Part shown: positions 1 through 10,112 of the stretch, piece by piece | Position numbering within the stretch: position 1 is the stretch's first letter | Layout of the letters: each line of letters starts with the position of its first letter | Assembly (NCBI GenBank): GCA_023142995.1 | Contig: JAGLIM010000006.1 | Span: 32,577-96,576 of the forward strand | Reading direction: 5' to 3' | Origin: Minisyncoccota bacterium | GTDB taxonomy: Bacteria; Patescibacteriota; Minisyncoccia; JAHIHE01; JAGLIN01 | Length of the DNA stretch: 64,000 nt | Notes under the pieces: generated by a model | Seen by the model: the letters and a program-made list of their open reading frames with translations, nothing else | What the model was told of the DNA's origin: nothing | Databases searched by the model: none | Position numbers and translations under genes: made by a program

Positions 1-786
1 AAATCCAACAAAGAACGCGCCGATTGGTGAAGTGACAGACCTGATCAATTTTTTCATTCTTGGTCTCCAGCTCAGTGGCACTTCCATAACAAAGCCTTTG
101 CCATACCAGAAGTAATCTTTCAAATTGAACAGTCCGACTAAAATCGACAAAACACCGATAATTTTCATAAAAGTGCTAGAAAGTCCAGCACTGGCAACGG
201 CGCCATATAGTCCCAGTCCTATCAAATAATAAGAAATGAACATTGAAAGAGAAAAAGCCAAACCTGCTTGGAGCGATTTTTTACGATCGCTGTTAATTAA
301 AATAGTAGTTAGCAGGAGGATCAAAACGGCAAATTCGCAAGGATTAATGGCGTCTACCAAAGCACCACTAATGACCATCGGAATAGTCAAGTCAGTTTGA
401 TCTAGCGGAAGGTTATTATTAGAACTATTATTTGCGTTACCCGTGTATTCTTCAAAAAAGTTTATAATCGGTGCGTCGCCCATTAAGCATTGTCCTTCAA
501 AATAAAGCATTGGAACTCCGCGTTCGTCTATAAGAATGCCTTTATCTTGGCAAATTTCATTAAATCTCTGAGCGTTTTCAGTATCGCCAGTATTTTTCTT
601 TTCAATATTATATTGTTCTAAGATATTGTTTTTTTGAAAATATGCATCTACTTTATAGCAATGAGCGCATCCTGTGCTAAAAAATAAATAATTTTGAGAT
701 GAAGCTGACGCTATGTTATCAACTTGTTTAGCGCCAACTATTAAAAATGTCACTAGGGCAAAAAGTAAAATAACAATCTTTTTCAT
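1..786 (-). CDS. Thioredoxin-like / CcdA (DsbD-family) fusion membrane protein. The N-terminus lies at about 786 and the C-terminus runs off the window.
   Basis: Reverse-strand translation starts MKKIVILLFALVTF. It has an N-terminal CAHC thioredoxin motif and then multi-TM segments with the CcdA-like motif AINPCEFAVLILL. Confidence 0.55.
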   Translation of the reverse strand, partial: MKKIVILLFALVTFLIVGAKQVDNIASASSQNYLFFSTGCAHCYKVDAYFQKNNILEQYNIEKKNTGDTENAQRFNEICQDKGILIDERGVPMLYFEGQCLMGDAPIINFFEEYTGNANNSSNNNLPLDQTDLTIPMVISGALVDAINPCEFAVLILLLTTILINSDRKKSLQAGLAFSLSMFISYYLIGLGLYGAVASAGLSSTFMKIIGVLSILVGLFNLKDYFWYGKGFVMEVPLSWRPRMKKLIRSVTSPIGAFFVGF

Positions 787-955
787 TTTTTTATTTTAAA
801 AATTACTAATTCTAATATTGAATGCTTAATACTTAATTATTTTAAACTAATCAACTGATTTTGGCAAACAGGTACCCAAATATGCGATTTTGCTTGTTTT
901 ATAATATTGTGAATATGTGTTATAATATAAATATTATTTTTAACCTTTTATTATT

Positions 956-3900
956 ATGAAATTTTTCTCCAGAATGTTTTTTATGGCATTATTATTTTTT
1001 TCTTTTGCATTATTTTCAACAAATAATAATGCTAGCGCGGCAACCGTTTATGTGAATAGCAGTGCTGGAAATGATACTTCTGGTGATGGGTCATCTGGCA
1101 GTCCATATAAAACTTTTCATAAAGGATATACCTTAGCAAACGCTAGTGATGTTCTAGACCTAACAGGAACTTTCACATGGACAGATGCGGATGAGACTGG
1201 GGATGTTTCAATCTCTGGATATACTATTGCGAAAAGTTTAACTATCCAAGGGCAGGGAACGGACAGTACAATAGTTCAAGCGAATGCTATTTCTAATACA
1301 TCCGATAGAGGTGTTTTTTATATTTCTGCTACGGTAATTATAAAAAATTTAACAATTAGGAATGGCGTGGTAACTTCTGAAAGTTACGGTGGTGGAATAA
1401 CAAATTCTGGAACATTAACATTGGATTCGGTTCGGGTGACTGCCAACAGGGCTAATTTTGATAGTTCTACTTACTGGGGTGCTGGCGGAGTTTATACAAG
1501 GGAAGGTCATAATTTAACTATTACTAATAGCGTAATTGATCATAATATTTTTGATGGTAAGGCTTATGGAAGTGGTGGAGTATATTCAACTCAAAGCGTA
1601 TCAACTTCCGTTACCGGGTCAACTTTTAATGATAATCAGGGTTTAAGCAACGATCCTTCTTCTTATCCTTTTAGTTATTCTAAGCCGTCAGGAGGTTTTG
1701 GTTCTTTTCGTTTTTGTAATGTTAAAATAACCAATTCCACTTTTTTTAGTAATTCTAGTAATTCATATGGTGGCGCAATTCAAATTTATTATAGTAGCTA
1801 TTTTATAATAACTAATTCCACTATTGTTAATAATTCGGCTAGTTTGGGTGCTGGTGGTATTTCATATCGGTCTGAAACAGATGGATATAACTTAGCTTTG
1901 AAAAATACTATTTTAGCTAATAATACTGTTAACAGTTCTCCTAATGATTTTTATGCCTATGACTCTGCTTCCTCTGGTCGTATTATAGATAATGGTTATA
2001 ATGTTGTTGAATATAGTACTAATAAAATTTGGAGTGGGACAGGTAATATTATTGGTGATCAGGCTACTTTGAATATTAGTAGCAGTTTGGCTGATAATAG
2101 TTCTTCTTATTATCCTGATACATTGGCACTTTTGTCTGGTAGTGTGGCTATTAATTCAGGTGACCCTGCTAATACGGCTAATGATGAAGGAAGTAGTTCT
2201 GTGGCAATTCCAATTACTGACCAGAGAAGTGCTGGAAGAATCAGTACAACTGATATTGGTGCGTATGAATATGGCAGTACAACTAATCCGATAATCAGTG
2301 TTTTGTCGCCAGCTGATAATGCTACTGCCGTGGCTTTTGATACTAATTTAGTTATTACTTTCAACGAAGCTGTTGATGTTGAAACTGGAAATATTGTCAT
2401 TAAGAAAACCTTAGATAATTCTATTGTTGAAACGATAGGTGTTACTTCTGGGCAAGTAACGGGAACCGGTACAATAACAATTACTATAAATCCAACTTTA
2501 AGCTTTGAAAGTGGGACAGATTATTACATTCAAATAGACGCGACTGCTTTTGACAATACGACTAGCAACAGTTATGCTGGAATTTCAGATTCTACAACTT
2601 GGAATTTTACAACAGCTGACACAGTTAATCCAACTGTTTCAACTTTGTCTCCAGTAGACGGAGCAACTGGAACTGTTGTTGGAGCAAATTTAGTTATTAC
2701 TTTTGATGAGAATGTTGACGCTGAGGCTGGCAATATTATATTGTATAAAAGTGACAATACTTTAATTCAACAATTTGATGTTACTTCGGATATTTCTGGT
2801 TCTGGTACAACTACAATTACTATGAATCCTATCGCTGATTTTGATGAGCAAACTTCATATTATGTTAAAATAGACGCAACTGCTTTTGATGATACTGCTG
2901 GTAATAGCTATTCGGGGATTTCCGATACTACGACTTGGAATTTTACGACAGGAGATTTTACTGGACCGACGATGACAATCACAGCATCAGAAGGGGTTGA
3001 TGGTTTTTCTTCAAATGATGCTACTTTGTCGCTAACATTTACTAGCAGTGAGGTGACAATAAATTTTGCCTCCAGTGATATCTCAGTTTCAAATGGCGCT
3101 ATCAGCAATTTTGCTACTACGTCTAGCACTGTTTATACTGCGACATTTACACCGACAGTTGATGGACCAGCAACAATTGATGTAGCTGGCGCTACTTTTA
3201 CCGATGCGGCAACTAATGATAATTTTGCAGCTAGTCAGTTTAATTGGACTTATGATGGAACTGCTCCAACAGTAATATTTGATCCTCTTGATGGAGCAAC
3301 TGGTGTTGCAGTAAGTTCAAATATTACAATTACCTTTAATGAAGCAGTACGTCTTATTGATGATTTAGCTATCGATAATGCTAATGTTGACGTGCTTATT
3401 ACGCTTAAAGATACTAATGCTAGTGGTGCGGATATTGCTTTTGATGCTACAATTGACGGAGCAAAACTTGTTATTACGATCGATCCAACAAGCAATTTTA
3501 CAAGTGAACAGGTTATTTATGTGGTAATAGGTACAACAGTGGAGGATGCGTTTGATAATACTATTTTAGCTTCAAACGTAACATTTACTGTTGGTGATAC
3601 TGCTGCGCCAATAATTTCTGCAACCTTTCCTTCTGGAGAACAAGTTGCGGGAACTACAAGTGTGACTATGTCGTTGAGTACAAATGAATCGGCTACTTGT
3701 AAACATTCAGGAACTCAGGGCGTGGCGTTTGCATCAATGACAGCTTTTACCACAACGGGAGGAACTAATCATTCTGTGACTGTTTCAGGTCTAAGTGATG
3801 GAAATAGTTATAGCTATTATGCGAAGTGCCAAGATTCATCAAGCAATGAAAGCACTGAGTCTGCAATTTATTTTTCTGTGGCGAATAGCAGTGGTAGTGC

Positions 3901-4747
3901 TTCTGTATCATTGCCAGGAGCAGTTGGTCGTGGTCAAGTTGATGCAAATATTAATATGGGGCAGTCAAAGAATATTGGTGCGGTAAGTTCAAATGGTGTA
4001 AATGTTTTGGGATATATAAATTCACGAGCTAAATTTTCTACTGCTGTTAGTAATTATAATAATTGGATAGCGCAAGATCATACTTTTGAAATAATTAGTT
4101 TTGATTTATTTACAAATATAATAACAATCAGAGTTTCTTCTGAGCTGAAAATAGTTATTTTGAGTTTAAATGAAGTAGCAAAAGTAGATCTAGATGATGA
4201 TAGTGTTTTTGATATTGAGATAAAATTTGAAGATATCTATATTAATAGAGCTGAACTAACGATTATTTCCTTATTTGAATCTTGGGAAGAAGAAGATGAT
4301 GATATGTCAAATATGTCTTATGAGAACAACTTGATCAAATATAGTAATTCTCCTAAAATTTATCTTGTGGAAAGTAATTTGAAAAGGTGGATTGTTAGTG
4401 AAAGTGCTTTTATTTACCATAAATATGAATGGAATAGTGTTTTAAATGTAGGAAATGAAATAATTTTTGCAGATGGTGATGATGTTACCAAAAATATTAC
4501 AAAAACAGAAGCCTGTATTTTTATAAGAGATTTGAAGATTAATATGACAGGAGAAGATGTTAAAGAATTACAAAAGTATTTGAATAGTAATGGTTTTATT
4601 GTATCTGAAGTAGGTTATGGTTCAATAGGAAATGAAACAGAATATTTTGGTTCAGCCACACATAAAGCATTAGTTCGTTTTCAGCAAGCAAAGAATTTGC
4701 CTGCGTATGGTTTCTTTGGACCAATGACAAGAGCTTTGGTGAATTAG
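956..4747 (+). CDS. Giant secreted surface protein. It carries a signal peptide, a right-handed beta-helix region, tandem SbsA/Big-like Ig domains, C-terminal KRWI repeats and a PG_binding_1 domain.
   Basis: The N-terminal signal peptide is MKFFSRMFFMALLFFSFALFS...ASA. NxxGG/beta-helix repeats are present. There are at least 4 repeats of the type 'PxDxAT.V...NLVITF(N/D)E.VD...GNI'. The C-terminal peptidoglycan-binding-like motif is LQKYLNSNGF...GYFGSATHKALVRFQQAKNLPAYGFFGPMTRALV. Confidence 0.7.
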   Translation: MKFFSRMFFMALLFFSFALFSTNNNASAATVYVNSSAGNDTSGDGSSGSPYKTFHKGYTLANASDVLDLTGTFTWTDADETGDVSISGYTIAKSLTIQGQGTDSTIVQANAISNTSDRGVFYISATVIIKNLTIRNGVVTSESYGGGITNSGTLTLDSVRVTANRANFDSSTYWGAGGVYTREGHNLTITNSVIDHNIFDGKAYGSGGVYSTQSVSTSVTGSTFNDNQGLSNDPSSYPFSYSKPSGGFGSFRFCNVKITNSTFFSNSSNSYGGAIQIYYSSYFIITNSTIVNNSASLGAGGISYRSETDGYNLALKNTILANNTVNSSPNDFYAYDSASSGRIIDNGYNVVEYSTNKIWSGTGNIIGDQATLNISSSLADNSSSYYPDTLALLSGSVAINSGDPANTANDEGSSSVAIPITDQRSAGRISTTDIGAYEYGSTTNPIISVLSPADNATAVAFDTNLVITFNEAVDVETGNIVIKKTLDNSIVETIGVTSGQVTGTGTITITINPTLSFESGTDYYIQIDATAFDNTTSNSYAGISDSTTWNFTTADTVNPTVSTLSPVDGATGTVVGANLVITFDENVDAEAGNIILYKSDNTLIQQFDVTSDISGSGTTTITMNPIADFDEQTSYYVKIDATAFDDTAGNSYSGISDTTTWNFTTGDFTGPTMTITASEGVDGFSSNDATLSLTFTSSEVTINFASSDISVSNGAISNFATTSSTVYTATFTPTVDGPATIDVAGATFTDAATNDNFAASQFNWTYDGTAPTVIFDPLDGATGVAVSSNITITFNEAVRLIDDLAIDNANVDVLITLKDTNASGADIAFDATIDGAKLVITIDPTSNFTSEQVIYVVIGTTVEDAFDNTILASNVTFTVGDTAAPIISATFPSGEQVAGTTSVTMSLSTNESATCKHSGTQGVAFASMTAFTTTGGTNHSVTVSGLSDGNSYSYYAKCQDSSSNESTESAIYFSVANSSGSASVSLPGAVGRGQVDANINMGQSKNIGAVSSNGVNVLGYINSRAKFSTAVSNYNNWIAQDHTFEIISFDLFTNIITIRVSSELKIVILSLNEVAKVDLDDDSVFDIEIKFEDIYINRAELTIISLFESWEEEDDDMSNMSYENNLIKYSNSPKIYLVESNLKRWIVSESAFIYHKYEWNSVLNVGNEIIFADGDDVTKNITKTEACIFIRDLKINMTGEDVKELQKYLNSNGFIVSEVGYGSIGNETEYFGSATHKALVRFQQAKNLPAYGFFGPMTRALVN

Positions 4748-4887
4748 TGTTATTTTATATTATTACAATATATTTTGATATTATTTAGAATTATAGAGAA
4801 TTATTATGCGATTTATTTTTTCTTATTTGAAAAATAATAAGATTTTTTTGTTTAATGTGCAATCATTAGTTTGATATGCTATAATGT

Positions 4888-5045
4888 TAAATAATAATAT
4901 TTTTCGACCTTGTGGAGAAATTTATTGCGCATGGTTTTCTATAAAGTTGAACAATATTGTTAAATAATAATATTTTTCAAGCGGAGTGATAGCGTATTTG
5001 AGACAGTTCATTGCGCATGGTTCTCCATAAAGTCGAACAATATTA
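4888..5045 (+). repeat. Two tandem copies of a roughly 70-bp palindromic 5'-UTR element (TCGACCTTGTGGAGAA...TTCTCCATAAAGTCGAACAATATT).
   Basis: Copy 1 is at 4888-4959 and the variant copy 2 is at 4962-5045. The same element recurs at 9889-9968, 10979-11058 and 20387-20458, always in + orientation upstream of a + gene. Confidence 0.7.
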
Positions 5046-5085
5046 AAATGTACTAATTAATTTTTAATCATAATATTTCAAAAAA

Positions 5086-6171
5086 ATGAATAAAAAAATG
5101 AATCAAAGCAAGAGAGGAATTTTGATGTTTGCATCAATGGTCTTGTCAATTAGTTTGATGAGTGGAGTGCAAGTTATCAAAGCAACAGCTTTGGTAGACG
5201 GAGAATTAAAAGCTACAGACGGTATTGTATTAAGCGATACTGACACAAATGGTAAAATCGACAAGGTACAAATTTCAATTAATTATGCAGTTGCTACTGC
5301 TGATACAATTGATCATGTAACTGATGAAAGCGCGACAATTGGAAAATTTACAATTGTTGATACAGGAACTGCAGCTTCTGTTGAGATTCTCTCTATGGAG
5401 TTTGTAAGTGGTGATGGTACAGTTGCAGTCTTTAAACTAGATTTAAATGAAGATAACGTGAGCGAGGATATATCTGCAACAGCTTTAGACGTTACTTATG
5501 ACGGAAGCGGTTCTGATCTAAAAATTACAAGCGGTACTGTTGCTGGATCAGATTTTGAATCAGTTGTTGTAGTGTCTTTTAGTAATGTTACGGAAGATGA
5601 CGAAGACGAAGACATAGATCTTCCAGATTGTGCAGTTAAAAAACAAAAACAACCAAATTCTAATTCTGGAGTAACTCTTTATAGAGTGAGTGATGATCCT
5701 AGAGTTTATATTGTTAAGGATAATAAAAGACGTTGGGTAAAAACTGCGAGAGAATTTGAGAGAAACGGTTATAATTGGGATGAGATTCAAGAAATATCTG
5801 CTGAACTTTTGGAAGAATTTCCTGAAGCAGAAGCTCTTATGACAGAACTTCTAAGGGCAGTAGATAGTCATAAAGTATATATAATTGAAAACGGAAAGAG
5901 ACGTTGGATAAAAACTGCGAGAGAGTTTAACGCTACTGGATATAAATGGAAAGATATTAAGGATGTTTCTCCAGAAGTTCTAGCTTCTTATCAAAATGAA
6001 GTTTCATCTGGACTTTTAAGAGCAACAGGCAGTCATAAGGTATACAAGATTGAAAATGGAAAAAAACGTTGGATAAAGACTGCAGGAGAATTTAATGCTG
6101 CTGGACATAGATGGGAAGATGTTGAAAATGTAGACTCCGAAACTCTAGATGGTTATTCTGATTTAGAATAA
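5086..6171 (+). CDS. Secreted protein with three C-terminal roughly 45-aa 'KRRWIKTA..GY.W' repeats.
   Basis: It has a signal peptide. Three tandem repeats are RVYIVKDNKRRWVKTAREFERNGYNWDEI, KVYIIENGKRRWIKTAREFNATGYKWKDI and KVYKIENGKKRWIKTAGEFNAAGHRWEDV. The same repeat type occurs at the C-terminus of the upstream giant protein. Confidence 0.65.
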   Translation: MNKKMNQSKRGILMFASMVLSISLMSGVQVIKATALVDGELKATDGIVLSDTDTNGKIDKVQISINYAVATADTIDHVTDESATIGKFTIVDTGTAASVEILSMEFVSGDGTVAVFKLDLNEDNVSEDISATALDVTYDGSGSDLKITSGTVAGSDFESVVVVSFSNVTEDDEDEDIDLPDCAVKKQKQPNSNSGVTLYRVSDDPRVYIVKDNKRRWVKTAREFERNGYNWDEIQEISAELLEEFPEAEALMTELLRAVDSHKVYIIENGKRRWIKTAREFNATGYKWKDIKDVSPEVLASYQNEVSSGLLRATGSHKVYKIENGKKRWIKTAGEFNAAGHRWEDVENVDSETLDGYSDLE

Positions 6172-6203
6172 TCACTGAAAAAAGAAATAGATAATATGTC
6201 ATT

Positions 6204-6245
6204 TAAACCCCTGAATAATCTTCGGGGTTTAATTTACTTTTGAAA
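6204..6245 (+). terminator. Rho-independent terminator.
   Basis: Hairpin AAACCCC-tgaataatcttc-GGGGTTT followed by a T-rich tract. Confidence 0.5.
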
Positions 6246-6292
6246 TAAAATCTATGTTTGGATTGTATTAAATATAAAGGTATAATATAGAT

Positions 6293-6856
6293 ATGAAATC
6301 AATGGATCTATCAGACGAACAACTTGTTGAGATAATAAGAAAAGATGATCAAGAGCTATATGGCGAAATTATTAAACGCTATAATCAAAAATTATCTCAT
6401 TATCTTCGTAAATTTATTTATGATCAAGATGAACTTGAAGATGTTCTCCAGGTTGTTTTTATCAAGGTATATAAAAATCTTTATGGATTTAATATTAATA
6501 AGAAGTTTTCTTCTTGGATATATAGAATTGCGCATAACGAAGCTTTGAACCATTTGAGGAAATATTCCAAAGAGAGAATTTCCTTAGATGAAGTTGAATA
6601 TAGAATAATTGATGAAAAAATTGATGTTGGTGGTGATGTTGATAAAAAGATATTAAAGAAGAATGTAGAAAAATTATTGAAAAAAATTCGTCCAAAATAT
6701 CAAGAGCCATTAATTTTGTTTTATTTCGAACAAAAGTCTTATGAAGAAATTAGTGATATTCTGAGAATTCCAACAAGTACAGTAGGAACGCTTATCTCAA
6801 GAGGGAAAAAAATGCTTAAAGAAGAATTAAAAGAAGAAGAAATATATGGAAAATAA
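6293..6856 (+). CDS. ECF-type RNA polymerase sigma-70 factor.
   Basis: Region 2 reads FSSWIYRIAHNEALNHLRK. The region 4 HTH reads ILFYFEQKSYEEISDILRIPTSTVGTLISRGKKMLKE. Confidence 0.85.
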   Translation: MKSMDLSDEQLVEIIRKDDQELYGEIIKRYNQKLSHYLRKFIYDQDELEDVLQVVFIKVYKNLYGFNINKKFSSWIYRIAHNEALNHLRKYSKERISLDEVEYRIIDEKIDVGGDVDKKILKKNVEKLLKKIRPKYQEPLILFYFEQKSYEEISDILRIPTSTVGTLISRGKKMLKEELKEEEIYGK

Positions 6857-7718
6857 AAATCCTCAAAAATTAGAAAACAAGATAATGTCCGAGATTAAAA
6901 GCGGAAAAGTTAAACTTCGTTCAAAATATCTTTTTCTTGCAGAAAAATTGGGACTAGAAAGCGCTTTTGTGTTAAGTGTTATTTTATCTATTTTGTTTTT
7001 TAATTTGTTTCTATTCTATCTAAAAGCAACAGATAATCTTAAATATCTAAGCTTTGGTGCTAGCGGGATCACAGCTTTTCTTGAATCTTTTCCATATCTC
7101 TTAATTATTGGTTTTATCGTTTTCTTGTTTTTAGCAGGATATTTAATGACGAAAGCAGATTTTTCCTATAAGAAGCCTTTTAAATATTTTGCAATAAGCT
7201 TAATTGTAATTATTATATTTGCAGGATCTACTCTTGCTTATACAGATGTGTCTGAGAAAATTGAACAGCAAGCTTTTAGTGAAAATCTATCAGGAACTAT
7301 TTTAAAACCATTTTTAAATTGTGGAATTGGTCTGCGCAAAAATGGATTATCTGGAAAAGTATTTGAAGTTAGTGATGATTATATTATTATTGAAATTCCA
7401 AGCGGTTTACAAAAGGTTGATGTGCAGAATTTGGAATCTGAAGAGAAACTTAAATTAGATAAGGATAAATTTATCATTGCAATTGGAGAAAGAGGGGACG
7501 ATGTTTTCATAGCGAGCAAGATTCGAATTGTTGATCAAGACAGTATGCCAATGATCAGGCGTGGAATTAATAGAAGCGCTCATTATGATCAAACGAATCC
7601 ATATTTAAAACGAAATAGATTTTTAATTCAGGACGAAGATATGAAAAAATGTATGAATGAATGTCTTGACCTTAGTGAACGTCGCAGAAAATGTTTTGAT
7701 AGTTGTAACGTGGAATAA
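6846..7718 (+). CDS. Multi-TM membrane protein, a putative anti-sigma factor partner.
   Basis: It overlaps the sigma gene stop by 11 nt, which suggests translational coupling. It has a cytoplasmic N-terminus, then TM helices, and a C-terminal Cys-rich tail CMNECLDLSERRRKCFDSCN. Confidence 0.45.
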   Translation: MENKNPQKLENKIMSEIKSGKVKLRSKYLFLAEKLGLESAFVLSVILSILFFNLFLFYLKATDNLKYLSFGASGITAFLESFPYLLIIGFIVFLFLAGYLMTKADFSYKKPFKYFAISLIVIIIFAGSTLAYTDVSEKIEQQAFSENLSGTILKPFLNCGIGLRKNGLSGKVFEVSDDYIIIEIPSGLQKVDVQNLESEEKLKLDKDKFIIAIGERGDDVFIASKIRIVDQDSMPMIRRGINRSAHYDQTNPYLKRNRFLIQDEDMKKCMNECLDLSERRRKCFDSCNVE

Positions 7719-7786
7719 CAATCTTTCAATATTATTTGAGATTATGAAGAACTATGCGTGATTAAATAGAACTAAATTAAATATTT

Positions 7787-7820
7787 AAAACCTCTTTGGA
7801 TGTAAAGAGGTTTTATTTTG
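7787..7820 (+). terminator. Rho-independent terminator.
   Basis: AAAACCTCTTT-ggatgta-AAGAGGTTTT followed by a T-tract. Confidence 0.55.
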
Positions 7821-8067
7821 AAATAAAATAGTATTGAAGATTGTACTATAATTAGAAGGGGTCAAACAAGCAAAGGGCTAATCAAGAGGACAATATGCTT
7901 TAGTTTGACCCTTACTCTTAGCCCTATACTATAAAATGAAATAAATTTTACCTTTGAATTGTAATAATTATAGAAAATGTCAAACGGCGTCCATTATCCT
8001 CTTTAATATGGAAAAGCCAATTAGGCAAAAAAATCGATAGATGCTAATGAATTTGAATATTTGCAAG

Positions 8068-8103
8068 CAGGAACTCAGTTCTGGGTACCCAGAACTGAGT
8101 TCC
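8068..8103. promoter_or_regulatory. Perfect 36-bp palindrome (AGGAACTCAGTTCTGGGTACCCAGAACTGAGTTCCT) upstream of a secreted-protein gene.
   Basis: It has perfect 16-18 bp arms and contains GGAAC ECF-like -35 sequences on both strands. It lies 50 bp upstream of the 8154 start. Confidence 0.3.
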
Positions 8104-8153
8104 TAAATATGTGAAGTTCAATTCATTAAAGAAATAATCATTAAATTAAAATT

Positions 8154-8636
8154 ATGAATAAAACTTTTTTAACTCTTTCTTTACTGTTGATAGGTGTTGC
8201 AGGTTTAGGATTTAGTTCTGTTTATGCCTATCAGGGAGATCCAAATATTAAGAGTCCAGAATATACTTCTGAAAGACATGAAGTAATGAAAGAAGCATTT
8301 GAAAATAAAGATTATGATGCCTGGGAAAAAGCGAAAGGCGATAATCACAAAGGTCGTATGATGGAGGTAATTAACAGTGATGAGAATTTTGCTAAGTTTA
8401 TTCAGATTAGAGAATTACGTTTGGCTGGTGATATAGAAGGAGCAAGTGTTCTTCGCTCTGAACTTGGATTAGGACTTGGTCAGGGACAAGATAAGAACAG
8501 CGAAATGAAAAGAGGAGGACAAGGAAACCAAGGTGGACAAAAACAAGGAATGAGAGAAAATATGCAAAGAGGTCAAAATTCTGGTGGAAAGTTTATTGAT
8601 GCTAATGGCGATGGACAGTGTGATAACATGAATTAA
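8154..8636 (+). CDS. Small secreted protein with a G/Q-rich C-terminus.
   Basis: Signal peptide MNKTFLTLSLLLIGVAGLGFSSVYA. Low-complexity GQGQ...GGQGNQGGQKQG tail. Confidence 0.5.
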   Translation: MNKTFLTLSLLLIGVAGLGFSSVYAYQGDPNIKSPEYTSERHEVMKEAFENKDYDAWEKAKGDNHKGRMMEVINSDENFAKFIQIRELRLAGDIEGASVLRSELGLGLGQGQDKNSEMKRGGQGNQGGQKQGMRENMQRGQNSGGKFIDANGDGQCDNMN

Positions 8637-8650
8637 CAGTTAATATAAAT

Positions 8651-8684
8651 AAAAGAAGTATCTATTCTGGATACTTCTTTTGTT
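8651..8684 (+). terminator. Rho-independent terminator.
   Basis: AAAAGAAGTATC-tattctg-GATACTTCTTTT. Confidence 0.55.
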
Positions 8685-8859
8685 AATCATATTGAACTCA
8701 TAGCAAGTAATAATAATCTTTTCAACTCAAGGACAGTCCTTAACTCGTTGGGAACTTATTGATATTTAATATTTAATTTAATATTAATTTAATATTACTC
8801 TTGCCATAAATAAAATTTTATTATAGAATAGTATTATTGAAAAAATAAATATTAGTAAA

Positions 8860-9783
8860 ATGATAAAAGTTGAAAATCTTGTGAAAAAATATGGAGAACT
8901 TGTTGCCTTAGATGGAGTTTCTTTTGAATTGAAGGAAGGTGAGATTGTTGGTATTCTTGGACCAAATGGAGCTGGAAAAACAACACTTCTTAGAATACTG
9001 GTTGCTTTTTTGCAAGCTGATTCTGGCAAAGTTGAAATTGATGGGCTTGATATAAATCAACCGTTATTAGAGCAAAAGGTCAAAGGGAAAATCGGTTATC
9101 TTCCAGAAAGTGCTCCTTTATATGATGATATGACCGTTTCTGAATATTTGATCTTTGTCGGTAAAATGCAGGGAATCGGGTCAGATGACATTTATGAAAA
9201 GCTTGCTGAAGTGGTTGAAAAATGCGGATTAAAAGAAAAGAAAAACGCGGAGATATCAACTCTATCAAAAGGATATAGGCAGAGAGTCGGAATCGCGCAA
9301 GCTCTTATTCATAATCCAAAAATTGTGATTCTGGATGAGCCAACAACAGGATTGGATCCAAATCAAAGAATTCAGATCAGAGATCTTATAAAAGAAATAG
9401 GAAGATCAAAAACCGTGATTTTGTCTAGCCATGTTCTTTCTGAAGTTCAGTCTACTTGCTCGCGTGTTATTATTATTAATAAAGGAAAAATTGTGGCCGA
9501 TGGAACGCCTGAAGAACTTGAAAATAAAGGTGGTAAAAACAAAGCTACTATTCATATTGAAGTTGAAGAAATTAGAGGAAATTTGCTACCGCGTCTTGAA
9601 GCTATTGAAGGTGTTCATAATATGGAAGTTATTGAAAGTAAAATTATCATTATCTCTGATGCAGAAAATGACATTAGAAAAGATATTGCCAGAATTATTA
9701 TTGAAGAAGATCACGGACTTTTAGAACTTGTCAGAAAACAAATTGATCTAGAAGATGTGTTTATAGATCTGACGAAGGAGTAG
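8860..9783 (+). CDS. ABC transporter ATP-binding protein (GldA-like, ABC-2 type).
   Basis: Walker A GPNGAGKTT. ABC signature LSKGYRQRVGIAQAL. Walker B ILDEPTTGLD. Confidence 0.9.
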   Translation: MIKVENLVKKYGELVALDGVSFELKEGEIVGILGPNGAGKTTLLRILVAFLQADSGKVEIDGLDINQPLLEQKVKGKIGYLPESAPLYDDMTVSEYLIFVGKMQGIGSDDIYEKLAEVVEKCGLKEKKNAEISTLSKGYRQRVGIAQALIHNPKIVILDEPTTGLDPNQRIQIRDLIKEIGRSKTVILSSHVLSEVQSTCSRVIIINKGKIVADGTPEELENKGGKNKATIHIEVEEIRGNLLPRLEAIEGVHNMEVIESKIIIISDAENDIRKDIARIIIEEDHGLLELVRKQIDLEDVFIDLTKE

Positions 9784-9800
9784 GTCATGAATATTTGATA

Positions 9801-10076
9801 TTGTCATTCTGAACTCGGTTCAGAATCTATCATCTCTTACATTTAAGCAAATCTATAAATCACAAAATTTTTGAACAAGTTGAAAACACAATAATCTTTT
9901 AATATTTTTCGACCTTGTGGAGAAATTTATTGCGTGGAGTTCTCCATAAAGTCGAACAATATTATTGTGTTTAACTGAAAAAGAGAGTATAGGGTTAATA
10001 GCACAAATTAAAACCTAAAATACAAAAGATTCTGAACTAAGCTTGTCCTTAGCTTGCCGAATGGATTCAGGACAAA
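9801..10076 (+). mobile_element. MITE-like non-coding element, copy A. It has a TTGTCATTCTGAAC terminal hairpin and an internal palindromic core, with a degenerate 3' terminal inverted repeat.
   Basis: It is roughly 80% identical over about 280 bp to 20263-20544. The 5' end reads TTGTCATTCTGAACtcggTTCAGAATC. It carries the 70-bp palindromic element at 9889-9968. Confidence 0.45.
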
Positions 10077-10112
10077 CTGCTGTGCAGTTTATAATTTAAA
10101 TATAAAACCCCA

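Noticed and set aside
2110-3495. Several 60-100-aa minus-strand ORFs inside the giant surface-protein gene.
   Set aside because: They are antisense to a strongly supported 1263-aa CDS. They have low-complexity V/S/A-rich composition, which is typical of shadow ORFs of repetitive genes.
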